In this document: one piece after another, positions 51,454-63,809 of the stretch
Layout of the letters: every line of letters starts with the position of its first letter
How positions within the stretch are numbered: the first letter of the stretch is position 1
From: Felis catus
Taxonomy: Eukaryota
Reading direction: 5' to 3'
DNA: 64,000 bases
NCBI RefSeq assembly: GCF_018350175.1
Contig: NC_058384.1
Coordinates: 24,242,001-24,306,000, forward strand
The notes under the pieces: model-generated
What the model was told of the DNA's origin: nothing
What the model saw: only the letters and a program-made list of their open reading frames with translations
The model's database searches: none
Translations under genes and position numbers: made by a program

Positions 51454-51578
51454 GGCGTCCATGTAGGTCAGCTGCTCTGCCACAAGGTCTTCTGGGAAGC
51501 ACGTGAATTCTGCGGGCCCTCCACCTTCCGGTTCCTCTTCCTCTTCCAGGCTGAAGAAGATGGTGTTGGGAAACCCAT
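51454..51578 (-). CDS. RGL1: RGL1 exon (~6), 125 nt, acidic linker and start of CDC25 domain
   Basis: Acceptor GAACAG|AT, donor GCC|GTAGGT; encodes (N)GFPNTIFFSLEEEEEPEGGGPAEFTCFPEDLVAEQLTYMDA; phases match both neighbours. Confidence 0.95.
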
Positions 51579-52071
51579 CTGTTCACAGATGGAAAAAAAA
51601 AAGTCAGTCACCTGGTGCCACTGTTTATGACCTTGTTAGTAGAGTCAAACTGAACTTCTTTCATTAAGAAAGAAGAGGGCTAATCCTTCGGAAAACCCAC
51701 AGGGAGAAAGTAGTAAGCAAATTAATCTGAGTGAAATGGAGGTCTTCTTAATCTGTTCTTAGATTCTTTATTAAGTTCAGAGGCCTCATGTTACCCCTTT
51801 GTTAAACCACTGATAGCTAGGCCAGGGACATAGCCAGGTCAAGCAAAGTCTAGAGAAGCAAAGTTGGGCTACATTCTGGGGGTTTCCCTCATCTTGGCTC
51901 CCTCATACCCTCTGCTCAGCTTAAGGACCAATCAAACTGCTTCTTAAGCCCCAACTATGCAATTCGTAATCACTGGCCCTTTATAACCAGAAGCCTGGAA
52001 GGAGTGGGCATGAAAGCAGGCCAGGCATCAGGTAGGAGAATGGGACATATGGTGTCAGAAATGCTGACGAA

Positions 52072-52307
52072 GGGGCGCCTGGGTGGCGCAGTCGGTTGAG
52101 CGTCCAACTTCAGCCAGGTCACGATCTCGCGGTCCGGGAGTTCGAGCCCCGCGTCGGGCTCTGGGCTGATGGCTCGGAGCCTGGAGCCTGTTTCCGATTC
52201 TGTGTCTCCCTCTCTCTCTGCCCCTCCCCCGTTCATGCTTTGTCTCTCTCTGTCCCAAAAATAAATAAAAAACGTTGGAAAAAAAAAAAAAACTTAAAAA
52301 AAAAAAA
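52072..52307 (+). mobile_element. Can-SINE, young feline subfamily
   Basis: CpG-rich near-intact body, long A tail, TSD AGAAATGCTGA(C/T)GAA at 52057-52071 and 52308-52322. Confidence 0.95.
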
Positions 52308-53719
52308 AGAAATGCTGATGAAATCCTCAGAATTCCAAGAAAGTCCTTAGAATTCTCAAGATGTTTGGAGCAACTTTCAGCTTCCACCTAAAGTTATGTA
52401 TGAAGCAGAAGAACCTGAAACTAAACTCACCTGAGCTTTATTTTGGATAAGATTATCAATTAGTAAATTACACAGAGCATAGACTGAAGAAGTGAGGGGG
52501 TGTGGAAATCACTATAATAACTGCTTGGATCCCAAATCAGAAGCTGAAGGACTCAGCCCATGGGATCAGAACTCCAGACTCCATTTTGAAAGAGTGTGGA
52601 ATTGGATGAAGTTTCATTTGAACCCCAGCCCCCACTCCCCAGAACCTGTCCTAGGTTGTTTTCCAACCTCATCCCCCACACCTCCACCCTTCACACTCCT
52701 TGCTCTCCCGTTAAATCTGTTCTCAACAAAACAAAAACAAAAACAAGAAAAGCTAGCTGCATTCAGTTCTATGTTAGCAGAAATTTAAATCAGTGTGTTA
52801 CTACTCCCCCAGAATGTTTACATTTTAAGCTTTTTCTCTTTTCCTTTGTAGAATAAGACTTTTATGCGTCTCGGATCAAGTTGAGATGGCCTTTCCTTAG
52901 TTTTCCGGGGGAGAGGGGTGCTGAGAGTGGACCCCACATCACTCCCCCTGTCACAGTACCACATGAGTACTTGATGACTCTGCTGAGAGGTATGTGATTT
53001 AAGGATGGACTCCTCCCCCTGGAGCTGAAAGGACTCATGTGAACGGGGCTGGGTTAGAAGTAGGAGGGGATCCATGCCTGCCTCCAAAGGCTGGAACACA
53101 AACAGGCATGAGCTTTAAAAAAAAAAAAAAGCAAAACCTAAAACCCTATGATTTCACCACTCTGCTTCCACAAAACTCTGGTCCTCTCCAATTCAGCAAA
53201 GGAATAAAACAATTGAAATCGCAAAGGTTCAGAATGGGCCTCTCATCCCTTTTGCTAGCTACTCTATAAATCTATCCCAATCACTCTGCCGTGCAGAGGC
53301 TGACCCACGCCAGCCCAAGAGGATGTGTGGTAAGGTCAGACCCCCTCATTCATTCAACAAACACTCACGGCAACCTCTATGTGCCTTGGATGTTGCTGTG
53401 TGAGAAGATTACGTAGTCCTTTCTCTCTGGGGCCTAGGCCATGCCTTCACTGTTTCCGCTTTTGACTCTCTTCCAGAGGTAAGTAAGTAAAAACTTGAAG
53501 CAAAATTTTACTTTTAAAAAACAATGTAGGAAAACTTTTGCTTTTGCCAGCATGAAATTGGGCAAAATAAGCCCATGAGAACCAAGCTCCTAAAACTCCT
53601 TTTCCGTGATGACTGCTGTGCTTAATAAACAGAGAGTTTGGAGCTTTCTTGATTAAAATTTTCCAAACTCCAAAAAAATTCATTTTCGAGCATCGCATAA
53701 AAGCCTTTCCAAAGTCAGG

Positions 53720-53777
53720 CAGTCTCCCTCTCCCCTGCCTCAGCCTGCCAGTCTCCCTCTCCCCTGCCTCAGCCTGC
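53720..53777. repeat. Perfect 29-bp tandem duplication
   Basis: CAGTCTCCCTCTCCCCTGCCTCAGCCTGC x2. Confidence 0.95.
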
Positions 53778-55008
53778 CAAATGAGTTCTGCCTTCCAGTC
53801 CTGGGTCGGAAACAATGAACGACTGGTCCCACCGGTTCCCCAATTAGGCCCGGAGCCAGGGGCAGCCCCAGTGGGGAGAGAGCTGGGCTCTAACATAGCA
53901 TTTTCCACTCTGGCTCAAAGACAGGCGGGGAGGCCTGAAGGGAGTTGAGGTCCGGCAGCTGGAGGAGTGCCCCTGGTATTCAAACATTCCCGGCAGATGA
54001 AGTCATCTTAGATACGGGTACTTGGCAGTCAGCTTCTAATGATGCGATTGTACCGCCCCCCCTGCCGGCACCCACCGCTCTGATCCCCCTACATAAAACA
54101 TTCAACAGGTACCGTTTGGAATTTAAGGTTATTTTCTTTGGCACTCAGGCAGCTTCCCTTATCGGTGATGAGGAACCGTTTCCTTTCCCTCACTGAGGAA
54201 ATCGGGCGTCACTTCAGGGAAATGCCTGTCAAAAGCTCCAAGTGGGTCAGCCGCCATGGCAACCATCACCCGGCAGGCCAGTGGGGGGATAAATCGTCAC
54301 ACTGAAAGCCTGTCCTAACCTCTTTCTGACTTTCTTCAAAGCCTGATATTTCCAAGCTGCCCACGACCTGCAGCGGTGGCCCTTCCTTTGTCCTTGAAAA
54401 CAGGCAGTCAATTCCTCCAATAGGAAAAAACAGCCACAGAAACTTCCTTTGATGAGGCCATCCGAGAAGCTCAATGACAGTGACGTTTTCTAGCTGACAG
54501 AGAAACACTTTTTCAGGGCTTTTCGAACTTTCGTGAGGGCTGGAGCACAACTGCATTTAAATCCCCGCCCGCTGAATAGTGGTGGTTGTGATGGGTTTCC
54601 TCCATTAGATAGAAAGAGGAGCCACGAGGCAGATCACAAAAAGCAAATTCAAGATCAGCGTGGGACATGTTGACAAGAGAAGGTAAAGGACCATCGAGAG
54701 GACCATCCTCTTTATGGTATTAGAAGAAACCCGAGGAAATGCACTTCTCAGGGCCAGTTTCTTTATCTATAATGAGCACGCCACACCAGGTGGTCTTAAA
54801 AAATCTCCTTCTTGGCTCTAAAACTCTTAGGCTCTGTAATTAGCACTGAGATAAACTTTAGAATTTTTACCCACCACCAATCCCCCCAGCAGCTTGTCTC
54901 TGTGAGACCAACCAAGGTCATTCATCAAGCACAGGGAGAACATTTCTTCAACAAGGGGACTGCAGAATCAGAATCTAACTTGTTCCCTGGAATCAAGTCA
55001 GCACTCAC

Positions 55009-55193
55009 TGTCAGTTTCCACTTCTTGCTTGTGAAACTGCTCCAGAAGATTTTGCGCTCTTCTCTCCGGATCGGAGCCTGGCATCATCCGTTTGAGATAA
55101 TCCAGCAGTTTCTGTAAGCAAGGGAAGTGAGGGGGTTCTCGGAAGTCCTCTGCACACTGGTCAAGCCAGGCCCTCAGGATCGAGGCGATTGCA
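55009..55193 (-). CDS. RGL1: RGL1 exon (~5), 185 nt, C-terminal part of REM/RasGEF_N domain
   Basis: Acceptor TTCTCAG|T, donor GACA|GTGAGT; encodes AIASILRAWLDQCAEDFREPPHFPCLQKLLDYLKRMMPGSDPERRAQNLLEQFHKQEVETD. Confidence 0.96.
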
Positions 55194-57008
55194 CTGAGAA
55201 AGAGAAATGGAGAGTCACTGCACCCAACTGGATGTGGGGACTCAAAACGAGACCTGGATACCATGGCCTCACCCAGAAATACCTCACAAAACCAGGGGTC
55301 AACAGAGAATTCACCCAAAAGTTCCTGGCAATGTCAATCAAGTTAAAGCACTTGAAGACAAGCTATTATTATTATTTTATCTTATTTATCTTATTATTTT
55401 ATAATAAATAAATATTATTTATCTTATTATTTTAAGTGGTGGTTGTAGAGCTGGGGAGAGACTGATTAAGTTCCAAAAAAAGATAGGACCAAAAACTTTG
55501 GAAAAACTCATATGGGGGGGGTGGGGGGAAGACACGCAGAAGGAGATTTAGTGAGTCCTGAAGCAACTTCAAAGCAATCTGTGCACAAGGAGATTATGTG
55601 TTTCCAGTTCTGGATTCACTCATATCAGAAACCACAAAATCAACTGTACTAACATTTTAGGAAATAACTGACAGTAGGCCTGAAATCCGTCTAATGACAG
55701 GAAGTGCCTAGGTTTGGAAAAGATAACAGCATTAATTTAATTTTACAAAGATTACCAGGGTTTCAGCATAAGTACCCCAAAAATGTGCCCCCCCCCAATT
55801 ATCCTTTTGCTTTTCAAATTCTAAGAGAAGAATATGTAGGAGAAAGAGTACCTAATAGAGAGGTAGGTCTTTGAAAGGTAAGGGACAAAACCCTGAGAAG
55901 CAAAGCCACTGTGAAGGCGATTTCCTCTGATGGCTCAGCAGAGAATATCTTAGGCAAGACAAGGGTCAGGGCACAAAAAGAGACAGGGCCGTGACGTGTG
56001 CACACCCCCTCCCCCACCCCCACCATGGTACTAAGAACACGCGTGTGCTGTCTTAGGTTAGGGGCAGCCCCACATCCACTGGAAAAGACAAACAGCTGAC
56101 TGGCGAAAAGGATAAAGTTTTGAGTGCTATCATTTTGCGCTTCATGTTCAAAGAGGACGTGCTGGGCTGTGCCTGCCAGAAAACACAGTACTTTGCCTCT
56201 TACTGACCAGCTGCCCCCCCGGCTGACACGGATGCACTCATGATGGCTATAAATTAATCAATCCATGTTTTAGTGACACTGATGTGATACTTCATTTTAG
56301 CTAACGACACAACTGACCAAAATTCTTCAGCTGATTAAAAAAAAAAGGCTTAGCGCCTCTTTAAATTATCATCTAAGTATCCTTCAAACAAATTGTTCAC
56401 TTAGTTAACAAGCTGTAAAGAGACTACACGGATGGTAGTGAACCTGCAGGCTGGGCTTTGACAGGTGTGCCTAAATTCCACACATCCCAAATTCCTACCA
56501 TGAAGCCGGACTACAATACAGGCATACGTACAACCAAAGCCAATTCAATGCTTACCCTTTGGAGGTGAAGTGCAAACAGAAGAAAAATAAATTTACTAAT
56601 TGGTTTCACTGCTGTGTATATCATTGCTTTACTAACAAGGACACGAGGGCCTTTGGAACTATAATATTCACATGCGTATGTTGGAAATAGGTAACATAAA
56701 ACCACAGAAATAATTAAAATATTCTCTAAATCTTTAGTCCAGATTAAATAAAAAGCCAAACAAAAGTTTCACTCCCTCCCAAAAGATTCGAGGAAATTAA
56801 TATGGGACCTGGGATTTAATGAAAACATAAGCAAAATGAAATTAATGGAGTCTCCTCAGTGGGCCTTCAATCCTCAGTTTACCTGCAAAATCACGTGTTA
56901 TGTATGAATGCTTGTGTCCCCCCATTCATATGTTGAAACATTCACGCCCCCCAAAATTGATGGACTTCTACTTTTTAAGAGCCCACACATTGCATTATTT
57001 CTCCTTTC

Positions 57009-57010
<2 letters not shown>

Positions 57011-57046
<36 letters not shown>
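57011..57046. repeat. (CA)18 microsatellite
   Basis: Read directly. Confidence 0.95.
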
Positions 57047-57049
<3 letters not shown>

Positions 57050-57589
57050 CCATATGATGAACTGAAGAAGAAAATAATGAAGTAGCATTCTAACACTTCC
57101 TTTTTATAAGGAACAAGATGTTTTCTATGAATAATTTCTCTTCTTCCCTGACAAGCGCTGAGCCCAGAACTGGGGTAGGCACACTGGTGGGGGAACAGGC
57201 TGGAACATAGGACAACCTGACATTTGCTTTCATCAGGTTGAGTCCTACACATAGTTTTGTAATTCTCAAAAGAAGCATGAATTGATTTGATTAATATAAC
57301 TACTCATTTAATATTTAATATTTCGGTGAGAGAATACTCTTCCAATGACACTGATAGAAAAAACAGACATGGAGGGACGAGAATTCACATCAACCAATAA
57401 AAATGAAAAAGAACACCCACCCAACAGCGAGACCAGCAACACAATGACCCTAGTGACTCCTCAGTTGCATAACTTAAAAGAAAAGCCAGGCAGAAACCCA
57501 GAATCACAGGCAAAAGACACATAGTAAAAGGTATTAACTTTTACTCCTTGGCCTCCCATAAGTATTAGTTTTCAAGTTACAAAACTGAT

Positions 57590-58025
57590 TATTTATTGCA
57601 AAAAAGTAAATATTACAAATGTATCCAGACGAAAACAGCAAAATATCACTTCCCTTCCATTTTCCATTTCTGTGACCCATTCCACAATCCCATTTCCATG
57701 ACCACCTATTAACAGTCTGGAGTATATCCTTCCAGTCTTTTCAGTGGATATGTATATATACTTAAATGGATATACTGTGCATAGATCAGCCAACATGGAT
57801 TTTTGTTCCCACTGAATGGTATGAAACAGACACCACTCCATTCACTGCCTCCAGATCTACCTTACTGTTTCCCACTGCGTGGACACACCATAATTAATAG
57901 AAGGATTCTTCTACTAGTATACAAATGTTTATGTTATTTTCGTGTTCTCACAACTACAAACAATTACAAAAGGTGTATCCTTGTTCGCATCTCCATGTAC
58001 TTCTGCATCTCTACAGGACACATCA
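57590..58025 (-). mobile_element. Ancient L1 (L1ME-like) 3' fragment
   Basis: ACCACCTATTAACAGTCTGGAGTATATCCTTCCAG-type degenerate antisense L1 motifs. Confidence 0.55.
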
Positions 58026-59941
58026 TTTAGCGCTTACTTCCACAGAAAGTGCAGCCTCGGAAGGTCTGCAGGAGTCCTGAAAAGGGACCTGAATCCAGAC
58101 TGGACTCGCCTTTAGGTGCACATTTTGTCCTCCTCAGTCTGACATTCTTAACTAGCTCTGCTGAGCTATTCGTTCCACCCTTTGTGACAGTGCCCTTCCC
58201 ACAGCTTAGCCTAAGAGGACTGTGGAAGTTACTACAGACCCAGACCCTGACTTGGCTAGAAAAAGCATTTTCACAGAAAAGAGGAGTGAAGGGGGAAGGA
58301 GGAAGAAGGAAGAGAAGAAGGGAAAGACACACACAAACAGCACAATACAACATGGGGCAGACCCCTGACCTCCTATCGTCAGGCCAATTATCAGCATGCC
58401 AGAAAGGGAGGTTTTCTGGAAAGTCCTGGACATGTGCCCGAAGCTCACAGTAGCTTTATGTTTACTACTCCTGGGAAGAAAACTTCCCGCTCCTGATAGA
58501 CTATAAAGCAGATAAAATGTGAAACATGTGAGATTTCAAAACGGAAAGCAACATCACAAAATCATGGCAGCCAACAGGATTACTGGCCAATGCCTTTCCA
58601 ACTTACCCTTCCTGGCTCCACTCCCAAGGTCTGGCTTACATAGCAACCAGAACTGATTACTGGGCAGAATGCAAAAAACCTCAATACTAAAGGGAAATCT
58701 GATTTAAAATCACAAACTTACAGGGAAGGTATGACTGTTAAGCTAGAGAAGCTGCTTGGTTCTGTACCAGAACAAGAAAGAAGGCTGAAGAAGGAAAACC
58801 CAATTCCCATCCAGCTGTGCCACCTGTGAACAAAGGGAGGTGGGGAGTCACTCAACTCCACTGACCCCTACCTAGAGAAGAGATATAACACCTGCCTTCA
58901 TCTACCTGATACTGATCAGCTGTGACTTCACGGGACATAATGTCAAGAAGGACGTTTCAAGATACCCAAAGAGAAATGTAACTTTTAGGCGTCTTAAAAC
59001 TACTTGCCATAAATCACAAAAGGAAGGGACTGAAAAAGGTAAAAATGGCTCAGTGAAAATCAGCACGTACGGAAATCCCTCAAAGAATCTGCCACCCAAA
59101 CAGAAAGGATGACACGAAATACAAACTGTGTGACAACACGTGTGGCTCCGGGCCTGCTATTACAAACAGATACACACACAAGCCCGCACACACATGCACA
59201 CACACACACACGCGAGCACCACCTAAGGCATTCTCCTCAGGACACATCAATTCAGGGACATCAAACTCTAATATAAACTGCAAGACATGCTTCTTGAAAG
59301 ACTTGTGAAGACTGAAGAAGTACTTTCTGAAACCAAACGCAAAGATTTCGATTGTGACATAATGTAAACTCAGTAAGGAGGAAAGGCAGTACATGACCTC
59401 CTTCTCCAAAGTAATCTTTAATGGGTTACAGAGCAAAACCCCTCAGTCCCAAGTAAGCATGCTGGGTGGGTGGCCATGGGGCAAGGAGCCCAAACCTGAC
59501 AGCTGAGGGGACAACCCCTCAGAAAATTGCCTTTTCTACCTCAGGCGTTCTTGGCAACCTCGTTCACCCTATCACAGTGGTCTATAAGGAACAGGGAGAC
59601 GTGCTCAGACATCAATGTGTGGAATGGACTGACACAGCTTCTAAGACTCGTACTTCTAAGGAAACAGGCCCTTGGGGAGAATTAATTCACTAATTAATAT
59701 TTTTTGAGTGCCCTTTATCTTCCATACTCATAAAAACTGTGTATGTGATGAATGTCACAAGAGGGATTCCAAAGAAGGATTTAGGAAACAATGTTTAACT
59801 GAGATCTTAGGTATAAGAAGAGTTAGTGGGGTAAAGACTCTGGGCCAATAGCATAAGCAAAGATCCTGAGGTAAGAGAGGGCAAAACACTTTCAAGGGAT
59901 ATAGAGTAGACCTATTTAAAGAATAGGAAGAGAAGAGAGGG

Positions 59942-60626
59942 TTCCTGGACTCTTGTTTGTTGGGAGATTTTTGATTCCTGATTCAATTTCTGGTTATGAG
60001 TCTGTTCAAATTTTCTATTTCCTCCTATTTTACTTTTGGTAGTTTATATGTTTCCAGGAATTTACTCATTTCTTCCAGATTGCCCAATTTTTTGGCATAT
60101 TACTGCTCAGATTATTCTCTTATTATTGTTATTTCTGCATTGTTGGTTGTGATCCCTCCTCTTTCCTTCATGATTTTATTTATTTGGGTCCTTTCCTTTT
60201 TCTTTTCAATAAATCCGGCTAAGGGTTTATCAATTTTGTCAATTCTTTCAAAGAACCAACTCCTGGTTTCATTGATCTGTTCCCACTGTTTTTTTGTTTT
60301 GTTTTTTTTTTTTTGATATCATTGATTTCTGCTCTAATCTTTATTATTTCCCTTCTTCTGCTGGCTTTGGGCTTTATTTGCTGTTCTTTTTCCAGCTTCT
60401 TTAGGTGTAAGGTTCGATTGTATATTTGAGACATTTCTTCCTTCTTTAGGAAGGTCTGGAGCAATCTCTATACTTTCCTCTTACGACCACCTTTGCTGTA
60501 TCCCAAAGGTTTTGGACTGTCGTGTTTTCATTTTCATTGGCTTCAATGCACTTTACTTCCTCTTTAATTTCTTGGTTAATCCATTCATTCTTTAGTAGGG
60601 TGTTCTCTAATCTCGAAGTGTTTGTG
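59942..60626 (-). mobile_element. LINE-1 (carnivore-type) internal ORF2 fragment, from after the endonuclease domain to the start of RT
   Basis: Frameshifted translations LLKNEWINQEIKEE, NENENTTVQNLWDTAK and LHLKKLEKEQQIKPKASRRREIIKIRAEINDI; ends at NKSPG. Confidence 0.93.
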
Positions 60627-62064
60627 GAAGAGAGGGGAGGAATGGAACACTCATTTGATTTCTTAGCCAAACAGAAATCACACTTCATAACACCTGGTTG
60701 GAAAATACTAGACAGATGCCTTAGCCGAGAGGTACAAGGAAAAAGTACAGAACTGACGGCCACCGTGGGGACCTTCAGGCATGCAATGCAGTAAGAGGGC
60801 TGACTGTCTAGGCTGCTAGTATGCTCAAACCACAGATATTTAAATACATATAGGGATTTGAATGCATATGTATTAAATCATATTAAAATCCCACTGGTAG
60901 TAAAATATTCTACAATTGGTAAAAGGCTTAATGAGAAATTTTCAAAATATGAAGTCATCTCTCCCATGATGTATAAGCTCCCAGCCAAGAAATAGGATTA
61001 TTATGACAAAAAGAATAACTTTGTCCATTTAGAGTTCTCTTCTCTCCCCAGAAGTCTATTTGAGATCATAATTTATTGTTACTTAATAAGATATGGGACC
61101 ATTTTTTCAAAAGCAGTGAAATGTTTTTCTATGTTAGGATATTCTCCCAAAACCGGATCTTTTCCTAACGCATAAAGAAAAGGTAAGAACATCCATGTGG
61201 AGGGTGGGCCTTTGGATCAATGTGGCAGGTGACACTGCAAAGCCCTGAGGGAGGGAGCCAATGCACTTTGCCCTTCAGGGGAAGAAAGCAAAGTGACCTT
61301 GACAGTGACTCTGAGCTAGACCCCTCCACCTTGTTCTCCTAGTCACAGAGCAGATTTTCCTTTTCAGAGAAGGCTGCCCTTTAGAGGCTGCCTCTGAGAC
61401 CTCTGGCTAGAAGGTTTCCCTGATGAGAAAGAACAAAGGAGGCTACAGAAAATGTGTTTCTCTTTTTTCTGAAAAAGCCTGGAAAAGATGGAGGCATTAC
61501 TATCTGGACTTGTCAAGGTCGTCTTGCGATGCTTTCTTGTACATTTCCAGCGTGCGTTTTGGTACAGAGGCTGAGCAGGGATTAGAACACGAGGAGGGTA
61601 AGCGAAAGAGGAATTAGGAGTGTCAGAAAAGTAAATGCAAACAGGGCCAGATTCAGTGCTAAACATCAGGCAAGCCCATGGCACAGAACCAGTGAGGGGC
61701 CATGAGGCAGTTACAGAGAAAAAGCTCCAAGGCAAGGGGGAGGGGGAGGAAGACTGTGATAGAAAGGACACAGAAATACACAGTAAATATGGGTGGGGAA
61801 GGACCAAGAATAGGAAGAGACAAGCCTGAAACCAATTAGCCAAAGTCAGGCGTGTTGATCCACTCCTTTATTCCCAGACTAGATGTGTGGGCCCTGATAT
61901 CTGAAGGCAAATTTATAGAAACTGAAGAGAATTATTGTGCACAGAGCTAACTCCAGATCACCAAACCTTATCCAGTGTGTCAGTGACTGCACTCCACTAG
62001 AAAAGGAAAAAAACAAACAAACAAAACTAAACTGAAAGGGTTCTGAAGTGCCCGTTGTTCATGA

Positions 62065-62300
62065 GCAGTACAGCCAATGTGGTAAACAGTCTCTGGAGCG
62101 CCTAACTGGGATCCTGGTTCTGTGGCTTACTAGCTGTAACCCAGCCTCTTTGTGCCTCAGCTTCCTCATCTGTAAAATGGGAATAACACATGCCTCCTCA
62201 TAGAATTGTTGTGAGGCCAAGCAATAATACATGCAAAGTATTTAGAATAGTTCCTAGGACATAGTAAGTCCTCAAAAAATATTAGCTATTTTCATTATTT
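62065..62300 (+). mobile_element. MIR SINE
   Basis: Core TGTGCCTCAGCTTCCTCATCTGTAAAATGGGAATAAC..CTCATAGAATTGTTGTGAGG. Confidence 0.8.
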
Positions 62301-62344
62301 TAAAAAAGAAGAAGGGCAGTCTATAAGACCAAGGGCTAAAGCCA

Positions 62345-63745
62345 AAGGAACTATACATAAGCACCATGTTCTAGTTGATCAAGTTGTTTCCCGCTAGGGT
62401 ATGAGTTAACAACTCCGATACTGCTATGCACGTATAACAGAAGCTGAACAATTAAGTAAATATTGGCAGATGGTGGAAGCCACTTCTCTCGCTGTCGCAG
62501 AGGAAATATACAAATAAGCAAGGGGAGCAGACTAGAGCTATCTATGTGGTAGCAGGTTAGAACTGGAGGCATCAGCAAGAACTCGTGTTAAACATAATAT
62601 AGATACAAAATGTTACACATAAATATCTGTATTTACGTAATCGGTAATTTGTGTAAACATAAATCTCCTAGCCCTGCCAGCTGCGAATCTTGGATTCTGA
62701 TGCCATTCTCCAATGGAAAGAACCGGGGTTCCTTGAAGAAATGGCTGATTTTAGGTCGGGGGCAGGAAATCTAGAAGATGAGCCTAGGGCATCGTGTAGT
62801 GCCAGAAAGTAAGAAGGCCTCAAACAACCAAATAACCCCACAAATGCTACAGGTACATGTCAAAGTGCACGGGAGTCTACCAAAAGAGCTCCCAGTGGCC
62901 AAAACAGGAACGATCTGAGCAAGAAATAAACTAGCATCGCATTACAACCCAAAGCACAAAAAAAGTATCCACCTACTTCATACTGATCTAGATGATTAAA
63001 TAAACTAATAAATGGGGGTAACAAACGTCCCACACAGAAGTTTTCCAAATACATTGATTAGATACTTCACCCTAACAGAGGAGGCGCAAAACTCCCCAGT
63101 CCTTAATTGAGGGTTGTGCATAGTGACTTCCTTCCAAATAACACAGTACGGGAAGGAAGAGTGTGGAGGGCAGATGCTCTCCATGGAGAGATCTGAGAAC
63201 TACTACTGCAGCCAGGTAATCAAGGCCAACAATGGTCATAAATCATGCTGACAGTGTGTGTCCTTGACATCATGTGATGAGAATGGCATTTTATCTCTGT
63301 AAGATTCCTCTCGAAAACTCATAAATCCAGTCTAATTATGAGAAAAAAAGTCCAATAAAGGGGCATCCTACAATATATCTGACCTCAAAACTGTTAAGGT
63401 CATCAAAACCCAGAAGAGTCTGAGAAACTGTCATGGCCAAGAGGAGTGAGTCTATGGAGACAAGAGGAGTCTATGGAGATATGACAAACTAAATGGAATA
63501 TGGTATCCTGAACGGGATCCTGGAACAGAAAGAGGACATCGGTAAAAAGTATGGAAATCTGAATAAACTATGGACTTCAGTTAACAATGTAGCAATACTG
63601 GCTCATTTGCTGTAACAAATGTGCTATATTAATGTGAGAATAGTAGGGGGAACAGAGGGAGGTGTATGGGAACTCTACTATCTGCTCGATTTTTACAGAA
63701 ATCCAAAACTGTTGTGGAAAACATCTTAATTTTAAGAAAAAAACA
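62345..63745 (+). mobile_element. L1MC-type 3' UTR
   Basis: TGTGATGAGAATGGCATTTTATCTCTGT, GGGATCCTGGAACAGAAA, AAATCTGAATAAACTATGGAC; same family as 35412-35995. Confidence 0.78.
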
Positions 63746-63809
63746 CAAACAGGAGAGTCTGACCTAAGTTCTTAAGAATAACCCATCTCGTTTTGATCAA
63801 CGGGAAAGA

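Larger units (their letters stand above)
7546..55193 (-). other. RGL1: RGL1 gene, 3' portion (14 exons, about human exons 5-18, plus introns and 3' UTR); 5' exons lie beyond the right edge
   Basis: Fourteen exons with canonical AG/GT ends and matching phases join into one 1882-nt frame encoding 626 aa. The peptide is recognisable as RGL1: AIASILRAWLDQC..., GTVPYLGTFLTDLTMLD, GGLINFEKRRREFEVIAQI, ...RGCWSNRHSKITL*. Confidence 0.97.

Noticed and set aside
5899-52307. tRNA genes suggested by A-box/B-box motifs, and repeated peptides such as VKRPTSARVMISR...SSSPASGS
   Set aside because: These are the tRNA-derived heads and translations of Can-SINEs, not tRNA genes or a protein family.
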